Positions 7,783 through 16,396 are shown, counted from the stretch's first letter. The stretch: 63,646 nucleotides of DNA from an uncultured Gammaproteobacteria bacterium (GCA_964356315.1 CAYHHA010000006.1:1-63646), one strand, 5' to 3'. Notes: generated from the letters alone by a model not told the origin. Translations and numbers: made by a program.

Positions 7783-7803
7783 ATAGTCTAATGATTAGAC
7801 TAT
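7783..7803. promoter_or_regulatory. Perfect 10+1+10 palindrome (operator candidate) in a divergent promoter region
   Basis: ATAGTCTAAT-G-ATTAGACTAT, flanked by direct ATCACTAT repeats (7773-7780 and 7802-7809). It lies between the M48 operon and the DUF2726 gene. Confidence 0.5.
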
Positions 7804-7867
7804 CACTATACCCAAACCACTACAATACATCATAATTTAGTAATAATCACTTTGATTATATTCATAT

Positions 7868-8425
7868 ATGGTTTATAGTGACTATATGCCTATTTTAGCT
7901 AGCAATATGACATTCTCCCTGCTCATGGCATTTATTATTGTCCTTGCCTATATAGCCATCCATTACCGGGATAAATACAATAAAACTCAGGATGAACTTC
8001 TGAGCTTAGCTGACAAAATGGACTTCTTTCAAAAAAAGCCTTCAATCATGCGTCGCGACGAGTGGTTATTTTATGAAGTCATCACGAGACTATACGGAGA
8101 AAAGTATACGATATTCCCTCAAGTTCGGTTGTCAGACATAATTACGGTGAAAGAAAATATAAAAGATCACGATAACCTTTATCGGGAAATTGATCACCGT
8201 TCTATTGATTTTGCGTTCTTTGATAATGAGTCTTTATCCCCTATCCTCGCAGTTGAATTAAACGGGGCATCTCATTTCCAAATGAATCGTAAAAATAGAG
8301 ACCAAAAAATATCAAATATTTTAACAAAAGCGGGAATTCAATTTATAGCAATTCCTGTTCAAGAAAAGTATAATGAAGAAGAAATCCAAAAACTAATTAA
8401 TCTTTTTCTTCTTAAAACAACCTAA
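7868..8425 (+). CDS. DUF2726-domain protein (restriction-endonuclease-like fold) with N-terminal TM anchor
   Basis: The pattern E..FY......Y.IFPQVRLSDI...IDFAFFD....PILAVELNGASH....R..RD......AGI matches the DUF2726 signature. Residues 8-32 are hydrophobic. Confidence 0.7.
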   Translation: MVYSDYMPILASNMTFSLLMAFIIVLAYIAIHYRDKYNKTQDELLSLADKMDFFQKKPSIMRRDEWLFYEVITRLYGEKYTIFPQVRLSDIITVKENIKDHDNLYREIDHRSIDFAFFDNESLSPILAVELNGASHFQMNRKNRDQKISNILTKAGIQFIAIPVQEKYNEEEIQKLINLFLLKTT

Positions 8426-8441
8426 TCATCATTTAAGATAG

Positions 8442-8885
8442 CTATAAGGACGAGTAATTTTTATTTAATTTCTCACCGTAAACTTGATACGTTTTTATCA
8501 TTTGTTGATATTTTTTATTATTTTCCATATGCTCGTTCAACGAGAGCTTACCGCCCTCAGCTTTTTCTTTAAGTGCATTCAAAAGGATAAATAGCATGTA
8601 CACTGTTTCAGTTAGAGCTTTTGTATACTGAAACAGACTTTCGGCAAACTCTTTCTCTTTAGAATTACTCTCCTCATTCTTTAGCTTATCAAGCTTAATT
8701 CTCACATCTCTAAGTTTTTCAAATAAAAAATAGGCTTCTCCTGTTAATCGCCTAAAGTTAACTCTTCTAAACAAGCTCCAAAATGTTCCGGAACTTTTTA
8801 AAAATTTATTATGAAGATCAATATACTGAGTTAGTAGATTATGGACACCTAATGACTCATTTTTTAATTGCTCTTTAATATCCAT
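8442..8885 (-). CDS. Hypothetical all-helical protein
   Basis: 147-aa ORF rich in K/E/L, last in the minus-strand run 11545 to 8442. No motif recognised. Confidence 0.45.
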   Translation of the reverse strand: MDIKEQLKNESLGVHNLLTQYIDLHNKFLKSSGTFWSLFRRVNFRRLTGEAYFLFEKLRDVRIKLDKLKNEESNSKEKEFAESLFQYTKALTETVYMLFILLNALKEKAEGGKLSLNEHMENNKKYQQMIKTYQVYGEKLNKNYSSL

Positions 8886-9016
8886 AATGCGATTGAATAA
8901 TTTGTTGATTTACTTCAATGTAATACATAAAAAATTGCACCACTTTGATTTATCATAATATTTTTTATTGTTTCATAGATTTGATAAACTTTTTCATTAT
9001 TCTCTATTTTATACAA

Positions 9017-10459
9017 TTATTCTTCTACATTCATCACAACAGCTTGTCTCATAAAACTTATAATAGAATTATCAACAATAATATCTTTGCGTACTACTTC
9101 TCTTTTTAAATATAACCCTTCAAGACTCTTACATCTACTAAGAGCAACGTAAGCTTGACCGTGTGCAAATGCTCCATCTCCCAGATCCACAATGACACTA
9201 CCATAAGTATGCCCCTGAGATTTATGGATTGTTATTGCCCATGCAAGGCGCAATGGATATTGTGTAAATGAACTTACTACTTCTTCTTCTATTTTTTTAT
9301 TGATTTGATTATACGTGTAACGAATTTTACTCCATGTTTCTCGCGATATTGGGTATATAATCCCATCAATCTTAACTTTTATTTCGTCCCGGCTTAGCGA
9401 ATCTATAATCCCGATTGTTCCATTTACCCATCTTTTTTCTTTATCGTTTTTCAGCAACATCACTTGTGCTCCTTTTTTTAGCTTTAATATTTCCTCAGTT
9501 GGAAACACCGACTCTTCTAAAATACCAGTAATATCTGCTCTATACTCAAATACTTTACCTGGTGTTTTTTCCAAATGAGTACTATTTATCGTGCTTACTG
9601 ATTGATTAGTAGAAGCAAGTGTAAGCACATCTTTTTCCGGAAATTCCAAATTTGCACGCACGTTCAATTCCTGTAAATGCGTCTCTTGAACATCTCCTTT
9701 CCTAACCGAATTTAAAATAGATATAAATGCTTCATCTTTTTGTCTAAAGACGTTATTTAGTTCGTATGGATCAAACTTAGCATTCTTCCATACATGCGCA
9801 TTAAAAAAGTAATACCCACCGTTGTTATCAGCAAAATATTTATGCAGCTCGGGATCATTTACTACCGGAGGTAATTGATACAAGTCACCAAACATAATAA
9901 TTTGAACACCTCCAAATGGTTCACTACTATTTCTTGCCTGACGCAGCCTTTGATCTATCGCATCCATTAAGTCTGCTCGTACCATTGAAATTTCATCAAT
10001 CACAACGGCATCAACATGTTTTAATAACGCCGCAACTTTGTAGTTAATTGGCTCCAAGCTGTTTGGAGCTATAAAAGATGGCGGGATTCTGAACAACGAG
10101 TGTATTGTTTGCCCTCCTACGTTTAACGCAGCTACCCCGGTTGGGGCACAAACGATTACATTTTTATCTGTATGTTGTTTAAAATATTGTAATAATACGG
10201 ATTTTCCTGTGCCTGCTTTCCCAGTAATGAAGTAATGACTGGTAGTATTCTCCAATTTACCTAGTATCTTCTTCTGCTCGGCACTTAAAGTGATATTTGA
10301 TACATCAATTTGATGAATATTGAGTTTCGGTCTAGGCTTAATATACGTTCCGCTTGGAGTATATGAAGAAAATGATTTATTAGATCGTTTATTATTTGAT
10401 GAGTTCGCCGCAACTATTAACAATACAATTACTGCAATTACAAATAATTCCATTTTCAT
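9017..10459 (-). CDS. PIF1/RecD-family (SF1B) helicase with N-terminal hydrophobic anchor
   Basis: Motifs: Walker A GKAGTGKS, Walker B VVIDEISMV, LYQLPPV, TIHKSQG and AYVALSRCK. Residues 4-21 (ELFVIAVIVLLIVAANSS) are hydrophobic. Confidence 0.85.
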   Translation of the reverse strand: MKMELFVIAVIVLLIVAANSSNNKRSNKSFSSYTPSGTYIKPRPKLNIHQIDVSNITLSAEQKKILGKLENTTSHYFITGKAGTGKSVLLQYFKQHTDKNVIVCAPTGVAALNVGGQTIHSLFRIPPSFIAPNSLEPINYKVAALLKHVDAVVIDEISMVRADLMDAIDQRLRQARNSSEPFGGVQIIMFGDLYQLPPVVNDPELHKYFADNNGGYYFFNAHVWKNAKFDPYELNNVFRQKDEAFISILNSVRKGDVQETHLQELNVRANLEFPEKDVLTLASTNQSVSTINSTHLEKTPGKVFEYRADITGILEESVFPTEEILKLKKGAQVMLLKNDKEKRWVNGTIGIIDSLSRDEIKVKIDGIIYPISRETWSKIRYTYNQINKKIEEEVVSSFTQYPLRLAWAITIHKSQGHTYGSVIVDLGDGAFAHGQAYVALSRCKSLEGLYLKREVVRKDIIVDNSIISFMRQAVVMNVEE

Positions 10460-10464
10460 TGATC

Positions 10465-10486
10465 ACAGATTATATTAATAATCTGT
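10465..10486. promoter_or_regulatory. 9-bp inverted repeat immediately upstream of the helicase start
   Basis: ACAGATTAT-ATTA-ATAATCTGT, flanked by ATCACAG direct repeats, in the 78-nt gap between the 10538 stop and the 10459 start. Confidence 0.35.
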
Positions 10487-10537
10487 CAATCACAGTAATT
10501 TTACTACTTTTTTGCACAATACCCTATTTTCTATCTA

Positions 10538-11545
10538 TTAATCATAATCTTTCATTAATTTACAAGGGCATCCCAAATATTGCCCTTTACAACGAGGGCA
10601 CTGCTCTGCATCACAACCTCCAGAGTGATATTGATTCATAAGAGCATAACAATCATGACACGGGTCTTTGGCTAAAATTTTGGAATCGTAAGGTATCCCT
10701 TTCTCATCCACATATGGGTTGCCATTTTCGTCTGTCCAACGTTCAAATCCGAATTTTATTCTTCTATATCTCATACCATGCAATTTTGTTGTTTTTTCTT
10801 TCTGGGAGTAAGAAAAATCTTCAAAAAATTGAAAATAATTGTAAGTCTGAAAAATCATCCCTTGTAAATCTCTGCTTGAATAAACACTTTTCAGCCTATG
10901 GAGACCTTGAGTTCTTGCGTAATGAATTTTATTGAATAAGTCTGCTGTTTCGCTATCCATTCCAATTCCAATTGCTTTGGCATTATCCACAAGTATATTA
11001 AAACTAGGACTAGACGATCCTGGTTTATGTTTAATTGTAATTAACAAAAATCTTGTGAGTAAACTATCGCAGTCCTGGATAAATTCCCAATCATTTAATA
11101 ATTTAATATCCCATTTTCTCATTAAGATTTCATATTCGTGTGAATATGTATTCTGAAAATCACCTAGAATATATTTTCTATCTGATATTGGCTTTCCAAC
11201 GATATGTCTAATCAAATACCGGCTTTGCGGATAATTAAATTGCAGTTCAATCAATTTTTGAAATATAGGGATAATTACATTGCGTACAATATCAAGACTA
11301 TCGCCTTTAAGTATTGAACACTTGTAATAATAAAGGCCTTTATTTAATATCAATTCTTGATAGAGAGTGTCTATACTTACGCCGGGGGCTCCATCCACTC
11401 TTATAACGTAATTTCCCTCTTTAATTGTTTCGTAATTAATATTTACAGGATATTTTCTCCCAACACGTTGAAGGAACTGAAGAAAACTTATTGTTTCTTG
11501 ATGTAGCCTTTTTTTTGTTCTAATTTTTAAGTCATAACCTGACAT
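10538..11545 (-). CDS. Hypothetical protein with possible HEPN-type Rx4H motif and a C-terminal Cys/His-rich module
   Basis: YARTQGLHRL fits Rx4H within a predicted helical region. The C-terminus DPCHDCYALMNQYHSGGCDAEQCPRCKGQYLGCPC has 8 Cys. The ATG at 11545 is preferred over the TTG at 11569. Confidence 0.35.
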   Translation of the reverse strand: MSGYDLKIRTKKRLHQETISFLQFLQRVGRKYPVNINYETIKEGNYVIRVDGAPGVSIDTLYQELILNKGLYYYKCSILKGDSLDIVRNVIIPIFQKLIELQFNYPQSRYLIRHIVGKPISDRKYILGDFQNTYSHEYEILMRKWDIKLLNDWEFIQDCDSLLTRFLLITIKHKPGSSSPSFNILVDNAKAIGIGMDSETADLFNKIHYARTQGLHRLKSVYSSRDLQGMIFQTYNYFQFFEDFSYSQKEKTTKLHGMRYRRIKFGFERWTDENGNPYVDEKGIPYDSKILAKDPCHDCYALMNQYHSGGCDAEQCPRCKGQYLGCPCKLMKDYD

Positions 11546-11617
11546 AAGCTGAATTATAATCCTATACAAAATCTCATGCTAGTAAGAATGGTATTAAAAA
11601 TTAAGTGAGATAAATGT

Positions 11618-11730
11618 CGCACAATCTTTGTTTTATGACGTCATATCGTGGCTACGGCCCTTATAATTATTTTCATTTGACCGATAGTAAATGACGCTGG
11701 CTTCAAATCGTCTAAAAAGAGGATAATAAC
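11618..11730. repeat. Mosaic intergenic repeat, copy C (inside element B)
   Basis: Aligns with copy A over its full length. It is followed by the local tandem duplication AGACTTATTGATATT x2 (11731-11770). Confidence 0.55.
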
Positions 11731-11843
11731 AGACTTATTGATATTACTGAGACTTATTGATATTTTGCTTGCTCCGATTGTGTAAGAAAAGACACTCGGA
11801 GTCTATAGTTTCATTACTATTTGATAGGAAAAGCAAGCGGATA

Positions 11844-12323
11844 TTACTCACTACGTAAAAGGTTGAATAACGGGATGCAATACCATTTTGCAAATATTGA
11901 CCCTTCGCAAGATCGGTGAATGAATACAGATCTTGAAACATAAAATTCCTTTTCAAGGGAACTTTCATTAGTTGAAATATTAAAAAATTGTCCGTTTTGA
12001 AATCCAAAAGTAGCAGACTTATCGTCGTACTGACATTTCCAGTTTTTTCTGTCTACAACCGCACAATCTTTAATCAAATCTGGAGAAAATCCTCCAACCC
12101 AGTGGAGAACATCTTGTCTTTCTACATTTGGTTTATAATGGCTCATTCGTAACGAGAATAGTGTTTTCCCTGGACATGAATTATATTCAGGATTAACCTC
12201 ACATTGAAGCGGATACGCGATTATTTCACCTTTAAGAAAGGAGAAGTCTACCATCGCCAAAATATACAATATTCCGTAAATGATAACTACTATTTTTATT
12301 AGATTAATCAAACGGTTTAACAT
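11844..12323 (-). CDS. Small secreted or membrane-anchored Cys-containing protein
   Basis: 159-aa ORF with an N-terminal hydrophobic segment and six Cys in the mature part. Divergent from the nuclease gene. Confidence 0.5.
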   Translation of the reverse strand: MLNRLINLIKIVVIIYGILYILAMVDFSFLKGEIIAYPLQCEVNPEYNSCPGKTLFSLRMSHYKPNVERQDVLHWVGGFSPDLIKDCAVVDRKNWKCQYDDKSATFGFQNGQFFNISTNESSLEKEFYVSRSVFIHRSCEGSIFAKWYCIPLFNLLRSE

Positions 12324-12465
12324 AATATATTTATAAAATTATTATACCACTCTAGCTCAGTTTTCGGATAACCTGACTGAATTATTAGACTTTCCTAAAA
12401 TGCGATACCTAAAACGAACTCATATTTTTAAGCATCTATGCTTCATAAGCGTATAATACCGCTAT

Positions 12466-13332
12466 ATGCCAGTGATTTATGCGATTGTTATTTATGCTGC
12501 TTTGTTTTTTACAGGAACGACAATCTCTAAAATCTTGCCACCTGCAAAACTCTCTCCATCTCCCACAATCCAATCAACGCCATCACCTACAGCACAAATT
12601 TCACCATCTCAAACAACAATCGCGACTATAATTCCAACGAAACATATGAGTGTTATGTACAAGGTTACGAAAGTCGTGGACGGAGATACAATAAACGTCC
12701 TTATAGATGGGAAATCTAAACCTGTTCGTCTTATAGGTATTGATACACCGGAGACAGTAGATCCACGGAAACCAGTTCAATGCTTCGGGAAAGAAGCTTC
12801 GGATAAAACAAAGGAATTACTTGCTGGGAAAAGCGTTGTACTAGAGGCGGATCCGACACAGGGAGATACAGATAAATATAATCGTCTATTGCGCTTTGTA
12901 TTTTTAGAAAATGGTACACTTATTAATAAGCTCTTGATCAGTGAAGGCTACGCACACGAATATACCTATCAAAGTAATCCATATAAATACCACGCTGAAT
13001 TTATTCAGGCTCAAACACATGCAAGAGAAAACAAAAAAGGATTATGGGCAGATAATGTCTGCATGACTCCAACAATTACTCCGTATAAAACTGTAACTCC
13101 AAGACCAACGACTGTCCAAGTAATTACGGCTCAACCCACGATATATATTCCACCTATTATCCAGCAAACTACAAAACCATCATCAAACAGATTTAGTTGT
13201 AGTTGTAGCAAAGTGTGCGATGCAATGGTGTCGTGCAATGAAGCATATTTTCAGCTAAATGAATGCGGGTGTTCTAGGCGGGATGGTGATAGTGATGGCG
13301 TTCCTTGTGAGAACATTTGCCCTGGTGGTTAA
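12466..13332 (+). CDS. Secreted thermonuclease (SNase-like) with Pro/Thr linkers and C-terminal Excalibur domain
   Basis: Evidence: VVDGDTI...VRLIGIDTPET...CFGKEA...YNRLLRFV...EGYAH; C-terminal CSRRDGDSDGVPCE; N-terminal TM/signal segment. TATAAT lies 9 nt upstream of the ATG. Confidence 0.8.
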   Translation: MPVIYAIVIYAALFFTGTTISKILPPAKLSPSPTIQSTPSPTAQISPSQTTIATIIPTKHMSVMYKVTKVVDGDTINVLIDGKSKPVRLIGIDTPETVDPRKPVQCFGKEASDKTKELLAGKSVVLEADPTQGDTDKYNRLLRFVFLENGTLINKLLISEGYAHEYTYQSNPYKYHAEFIQAQTHARENKKGLWADNVCMTPTITPYKTVTPRPTTVQVITAQPTIYIPPIIQQTTKPSSNRFSCSCSKVCDAMVSCNEAYFQLNECGCSRRDGDSDGVPCENICPGG

Positions 13333-13407
13333 ATAGTACTTTTTTCCTCATATTTGCGTTCATATATAAATTTCTTCTATGCTTAATTAAGGCCATTATT
13401 AATCAAT

Positions 13408-13584
13408 ATGAATAAATCACATCTAAAACAATTACATCATCAGATTGATAAACTCTTGCTTGAAAAGAAATTGGAATCAGAACATCAATATTTTCCAATA
13501 CTTGAGATGACACCAGAAGAAAAACTTGCATGGCCAAAAAACTTACCATTTCCAATCTACGCTGGGAGAAGCACGATCAGATAA
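13408..13584 (+). CDS. Possible small ORF (58 aa)
   Basis: An ATG-to-TAA ORF below the track threshold fills the 290-nt gap before 13624. There is no motif support. Confidence 0.2.
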   Translation: MNKSHLKQLHHQIDKLLLEKKLESEHQYFPILEMTPEEKLAWPKNLPFPIYAGRSTIR

Positions 13585-13623
13585 TTAAACGTTATACCCG
13601 CCATATATACCGGTAACTAAGTT

Positions 13624-13989
13624 ATGAAATGCACTAAAATAAAGAACAATGGAACTCAGTGTGGCGCTAACGCCATGAACAACTGTGATGTATGCTTCCG
13701 GCATGACAAAGTAAGCAAGGCGAAAGCTATAAATGCATCACAAAAAGGCGGGCATGCAAATAGACAATATATTCGTTTAGGCTCTCCTACCGTATTAAAA
13801 ACACCAAAAGATATACAGAATCTCATGGAACTTGCTATTAATAGTCTGTGGATTGGTAAGATGCCGTCAGGTAACCCCGCGGGATCTCTAGGCTATCTAT
13901 CTAAGATATTTCTGGAAGCTTATGAGAAAAGCGAGCTTGATACAAGGATGGAAGCCATAGAAAAGCGACTAGAGCAAGCTAAAATATGA
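13624..13989 (+). CDS. Hypothetical protein with N-terminal Cys/His cluster
   Basis: 121-aa ORF. CTKIKNNGTQCGANAMNNCDVCFRH resembles the zinc-binding N-termini of small phage/plasmid DNA-binding proteins. The C-terminus is helical. Confidence 0.45.
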   Translation: MKCTKIKNNGTQCGANAMNNCDVCFRHDKVSKAKAINASQKGGHANRQYIRLGSPTVLKTPKDIQNLMELAINSLWIGKMPSGNPAGSLGYLSKIFLEAYEKSELDTRMEAIEKRLEQAKI

Positions 13990-14015
13990 TTACAATTCAA
14001 ATTAAAATGATTAAA

Positions 14016-14732
14016 CTACTTATCTTTCATCACTTGCTCATTTAGGTTTTTTACTAGCCCTTTCATTATAAGGTCCGCTCTTTCCTTCAGCGGTAACTTG
14101 TGAGGCGTTATCCAAGGCTTATTTGTATAGGGGTTTATTGATACTTTCTTTGGCGGTAATGTAACTTTAATAAGTGTCTCAAGAGCAATGTGCAAATCAT
14201 CGCATAGCGGATTTTCTATCCAAGTGTTTTGGATTTCAGGAATAAGCTTTTGGTATCTTTGGATCGTATCCTCCTGACTTGCATTAAATTTACTAAAAAC
14301 ACTAGTTCCATTCGTAGCAATATCATCATTTAGCTCAGTCAGATTGTGAAGTACGTCAGCAGACTTCACGAGTAATGATCCATGAGTCATGTGTTTGATA
14401 TGCTCAAACGCAGATAGTTTTCGCTCCATCCAAGGAAGAGCCTTATCCTGCTCCGTCACATCATCAACCATTCGTGCAACCTCACTATTAAACGTCTGTT
14501 TAATCATCTCTTTTGTGATAGTCCCATATGGTTCGCAGTCTTCAATGGTGTCATGGAGTATTCCGGCTGCGATGATATTTTCATCATCCGTTACACGGCT
14601 AAGAATTATTCCGACCGCTAGTGGATGAGTAACATAGGGAACATCCGTTCCTTTTCTTCTCTGCTTAACATCAAGCTCATGGGTTTGGATGGCAAATTGA
14701 ATTGCCTTATGAATAAAGGTTGTATATATCAT
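14016..14732 (-). CDS. HD-domain (RelA/SpoT-type, HD_4) phosphohydrolase; small alarmone hydrolase candidate
   Basis: YVTHPLAVGIIL...AAGILHDTIED (H...HD...D metal ligands), followed by the SpoT-like helical region. No synthetase domain. Confidence 0.7.
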   Translation of the reverse strand: MIYTTFIHKAIQFAIQTHELDVKQRRKGTDVPYVTHPLAVGIILSRVTDDENIIAAGILHDTIEDCEPYGTITKEMIKQTFNSEVARMVDDVTEQDKALPWMERKLSAFEHIKHMTHGSLLVKSADVLHNLTELNDDIATNGTSVFSKFNASQEDTIQRYQKLIPEIQNTWIENPLCDDLHIALETLIKVTLPPKKVSINPYTNKPWITPHKLPLKERADLIMKGLVKNLNEQVMKDK

Positions 14733-14805
14733 ATTTGTATCTTTCTATTGTAACTGTATTTACTTCTTTATATATGGCGTGGCAATACTGACTGGACTTC
14801 AAATC

Positions 14806-15024
14806 TCAGGAAGCATCAAACGCTTCCTTAGCTGTATCAAATGTTCTACCAGAGGATAATATGTCCATCATAGGCCCATCTGAACCTTTAGCTGGACGGC
14901 TTGATCCATCAGGGAAAACTATTAAGAAAACAGATTTTCCTCCAGGCTTACTAAATGTAGTTAAGTCTACGAAAAAGACCTTGTCTTCAAAACGGATAAA
15001 TTTTGCTTCTGAAAATGCATTCAT
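14806..15024 (-). CDS. Hypothetical small protein (72 aa)
   Basis: ATG at 15024 with GGAGG eight nt upstream. It lies between the DUF3883 and HD genes on the same strand. Confidence 0.45.
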   Translation of the reverse strand: MNAFSEAKFIRFEDKVFFVDLTTFSKPGGKSVFLIVFPDGSSRPAKGSDGPMMDILSSGRTFDTAKEAFDAS

Positions 15025-15166
15025 ATTTTTCACCTCCTTCCGTGATTATCTACTCAAACCTTGGGAATTATTTATCTGAAGAATTGAAGTTTTCTGAGGT
15101 CCTCTTACACTCTTACTGTAGCATACAATTCGTGATTGAGCAAATATTGTATACATCGTATTAATA

Positions 15167-16396
15167 TTAATTAGGTTTGCTAGATACAATATATTGTACT
15201 GGAGTTATTTGATACATCTCTAAAACCTGAGAGCTTGAATCAATCCTGAGTTGTGGTGCTTCATTATCATCATCAGAATAAATATATAATCTATAAATAA
15301 CAGCATCCTCACTGTGTTCTTTTAGAAACTCTAACTCATTTCTTGAGATGTAGAAAGGTGATGCTAGAGATGTAGTTGTGCTTTTCACCTCTATGTATTT
15401 TTCTCTGCCATCTTCAAAAAAAGATAAGATATCATACCCTAATCCATCCCCGTGTTTCTCGGCTACGTCGCAAACCTTATCTGCTAGATCAATTCTATTA
15501 ATTGATTGAAAATATTTTTGCTCTAGTGCGACTGCAATCTCCTGACCTTTCCGACCTGTTAATATTCTTTTATTATTTATTTCTTCCCAATTATCTATTT
15601 TTCTTGCAGTTCTATATAACTTTTCAAGCGGAATCATTTTTACTATTTCTTGTTCCTGTAGTTTGGAAAAACTGCGAACAAAATTATGAACAGAACGAAG
15701 ACCCTCACTCTTCTTCGTTGATTGAAGGTTATGATTTGTCTTACGCTTTTCTAGGTATTCTTTATATCTTTGTAATTCCCAATTGGAAATATTATTTGAT
15801 ATAAAAACAGAATTCATAGTTGATAGTTCTTCTATCAATAACGAAAATTCCGATAGTTTATCCTCAAATTGTTGATTTCCCGACCTTTTTTTATATAGAT
15901 TTTCCTCAAAATACTCTTCTAGTTTATATTGATAATATTTGCTAGCCGCACTTTCAAATAATTGCACCTTGTCGCTTGATTCATTTTTCAATTCTTCTAT
16001 ATTCTTTTTTATCACCTCAATAGCTTTTTTAGTTCTACCGAACTTCCCAAAACTAAAAATGTTTGATATAAGGTCAATATTTAGATCATGTAAAAACACT
16101 GCAGGAAATATCGCAATAATTATTGAGCCCAATAGATTTTCTAAAAGATTATTAACAAAATTTTCAGAATTATAAAATAATAGTGATATACCCAATAATG
16201 ATAGACCGTATGAAATATAAAATGGCGTACGTAGCAACTCCTTATTTGTTTCTAACTTGGTTATCTCGCCTTCTAAACTGGAAAGTCTCACTCTGTAGTT
16301 TTTGTATACGGATATATCTAAGTGATATTCTTCTAGTGTTGGCTCATGTAGTCCTGAGGCATTGTTATCCATGTTTTTATCATTCAGTATATCCAT
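15167..16396 (-). CDS. DUF3883-domain (PD-(D/E)xK-like) protein with two TM segments and a coiled coil
   Basis: The C-terminal GRKGQEIAV..E........GYDILSF...G...YIEVKST......FYISRNELEF......YRLYIY matches the DUF3883 pattern. Hydrophobic segments lie at about residues 60-105. Confidence 0.7.
   Translation of the reverse strand: MDILNDKNMDNNASGLHEPTLEEYHLDISVYKNYRVRLSSLEGEITKLETNKELLRTPFYISYGLSLLGISLLFYNSENFVNNLLENLLGSIIIAIFPAVFLHDLNIDLISNIFSFGKFGRTKKAIEVIKKNIEELKNESSDKVQLFESAASKYYQYKLEEYFEENLYKKRSGNQQFEDKLSEFSLLIEELSTMNSVFISNNISNWELQRYKEYLEKRKTNHNLQSTKKSEGLRSVHNFVRSFSKLQEQEIVKMIPLEKLYRTARKIDNWEEINNKRILTGRKGQEIAVALEQKYFQSINRIDLADKVCDVAEKHGDGLGYDILSFFEDGREKYIEVKSTTTSLASPFYISRNELEFLKEHSEDAVIYRLYIYSDDDNEAPQLRIDSSSQVLEMYQITPVQYIVSSKPN

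Noticed and set aside
11744-12007. 87-aa minus-strand ORF overlapping 11844..12323
   Set aside because: It lies in an alternative frame to a longer ORF that has a signal or anchor segment. Its 3' part lies in a tandem duplication and repeat copy C.
12345-12420. tRNA-like word TAGCTCAG at 12353-12360
   Set aside because: No acceptor stem, no GAGC D-stem partner and no T-arm (GGTTCGAATCC-like) can be drawn. It is probably a chance match in a promoter region.
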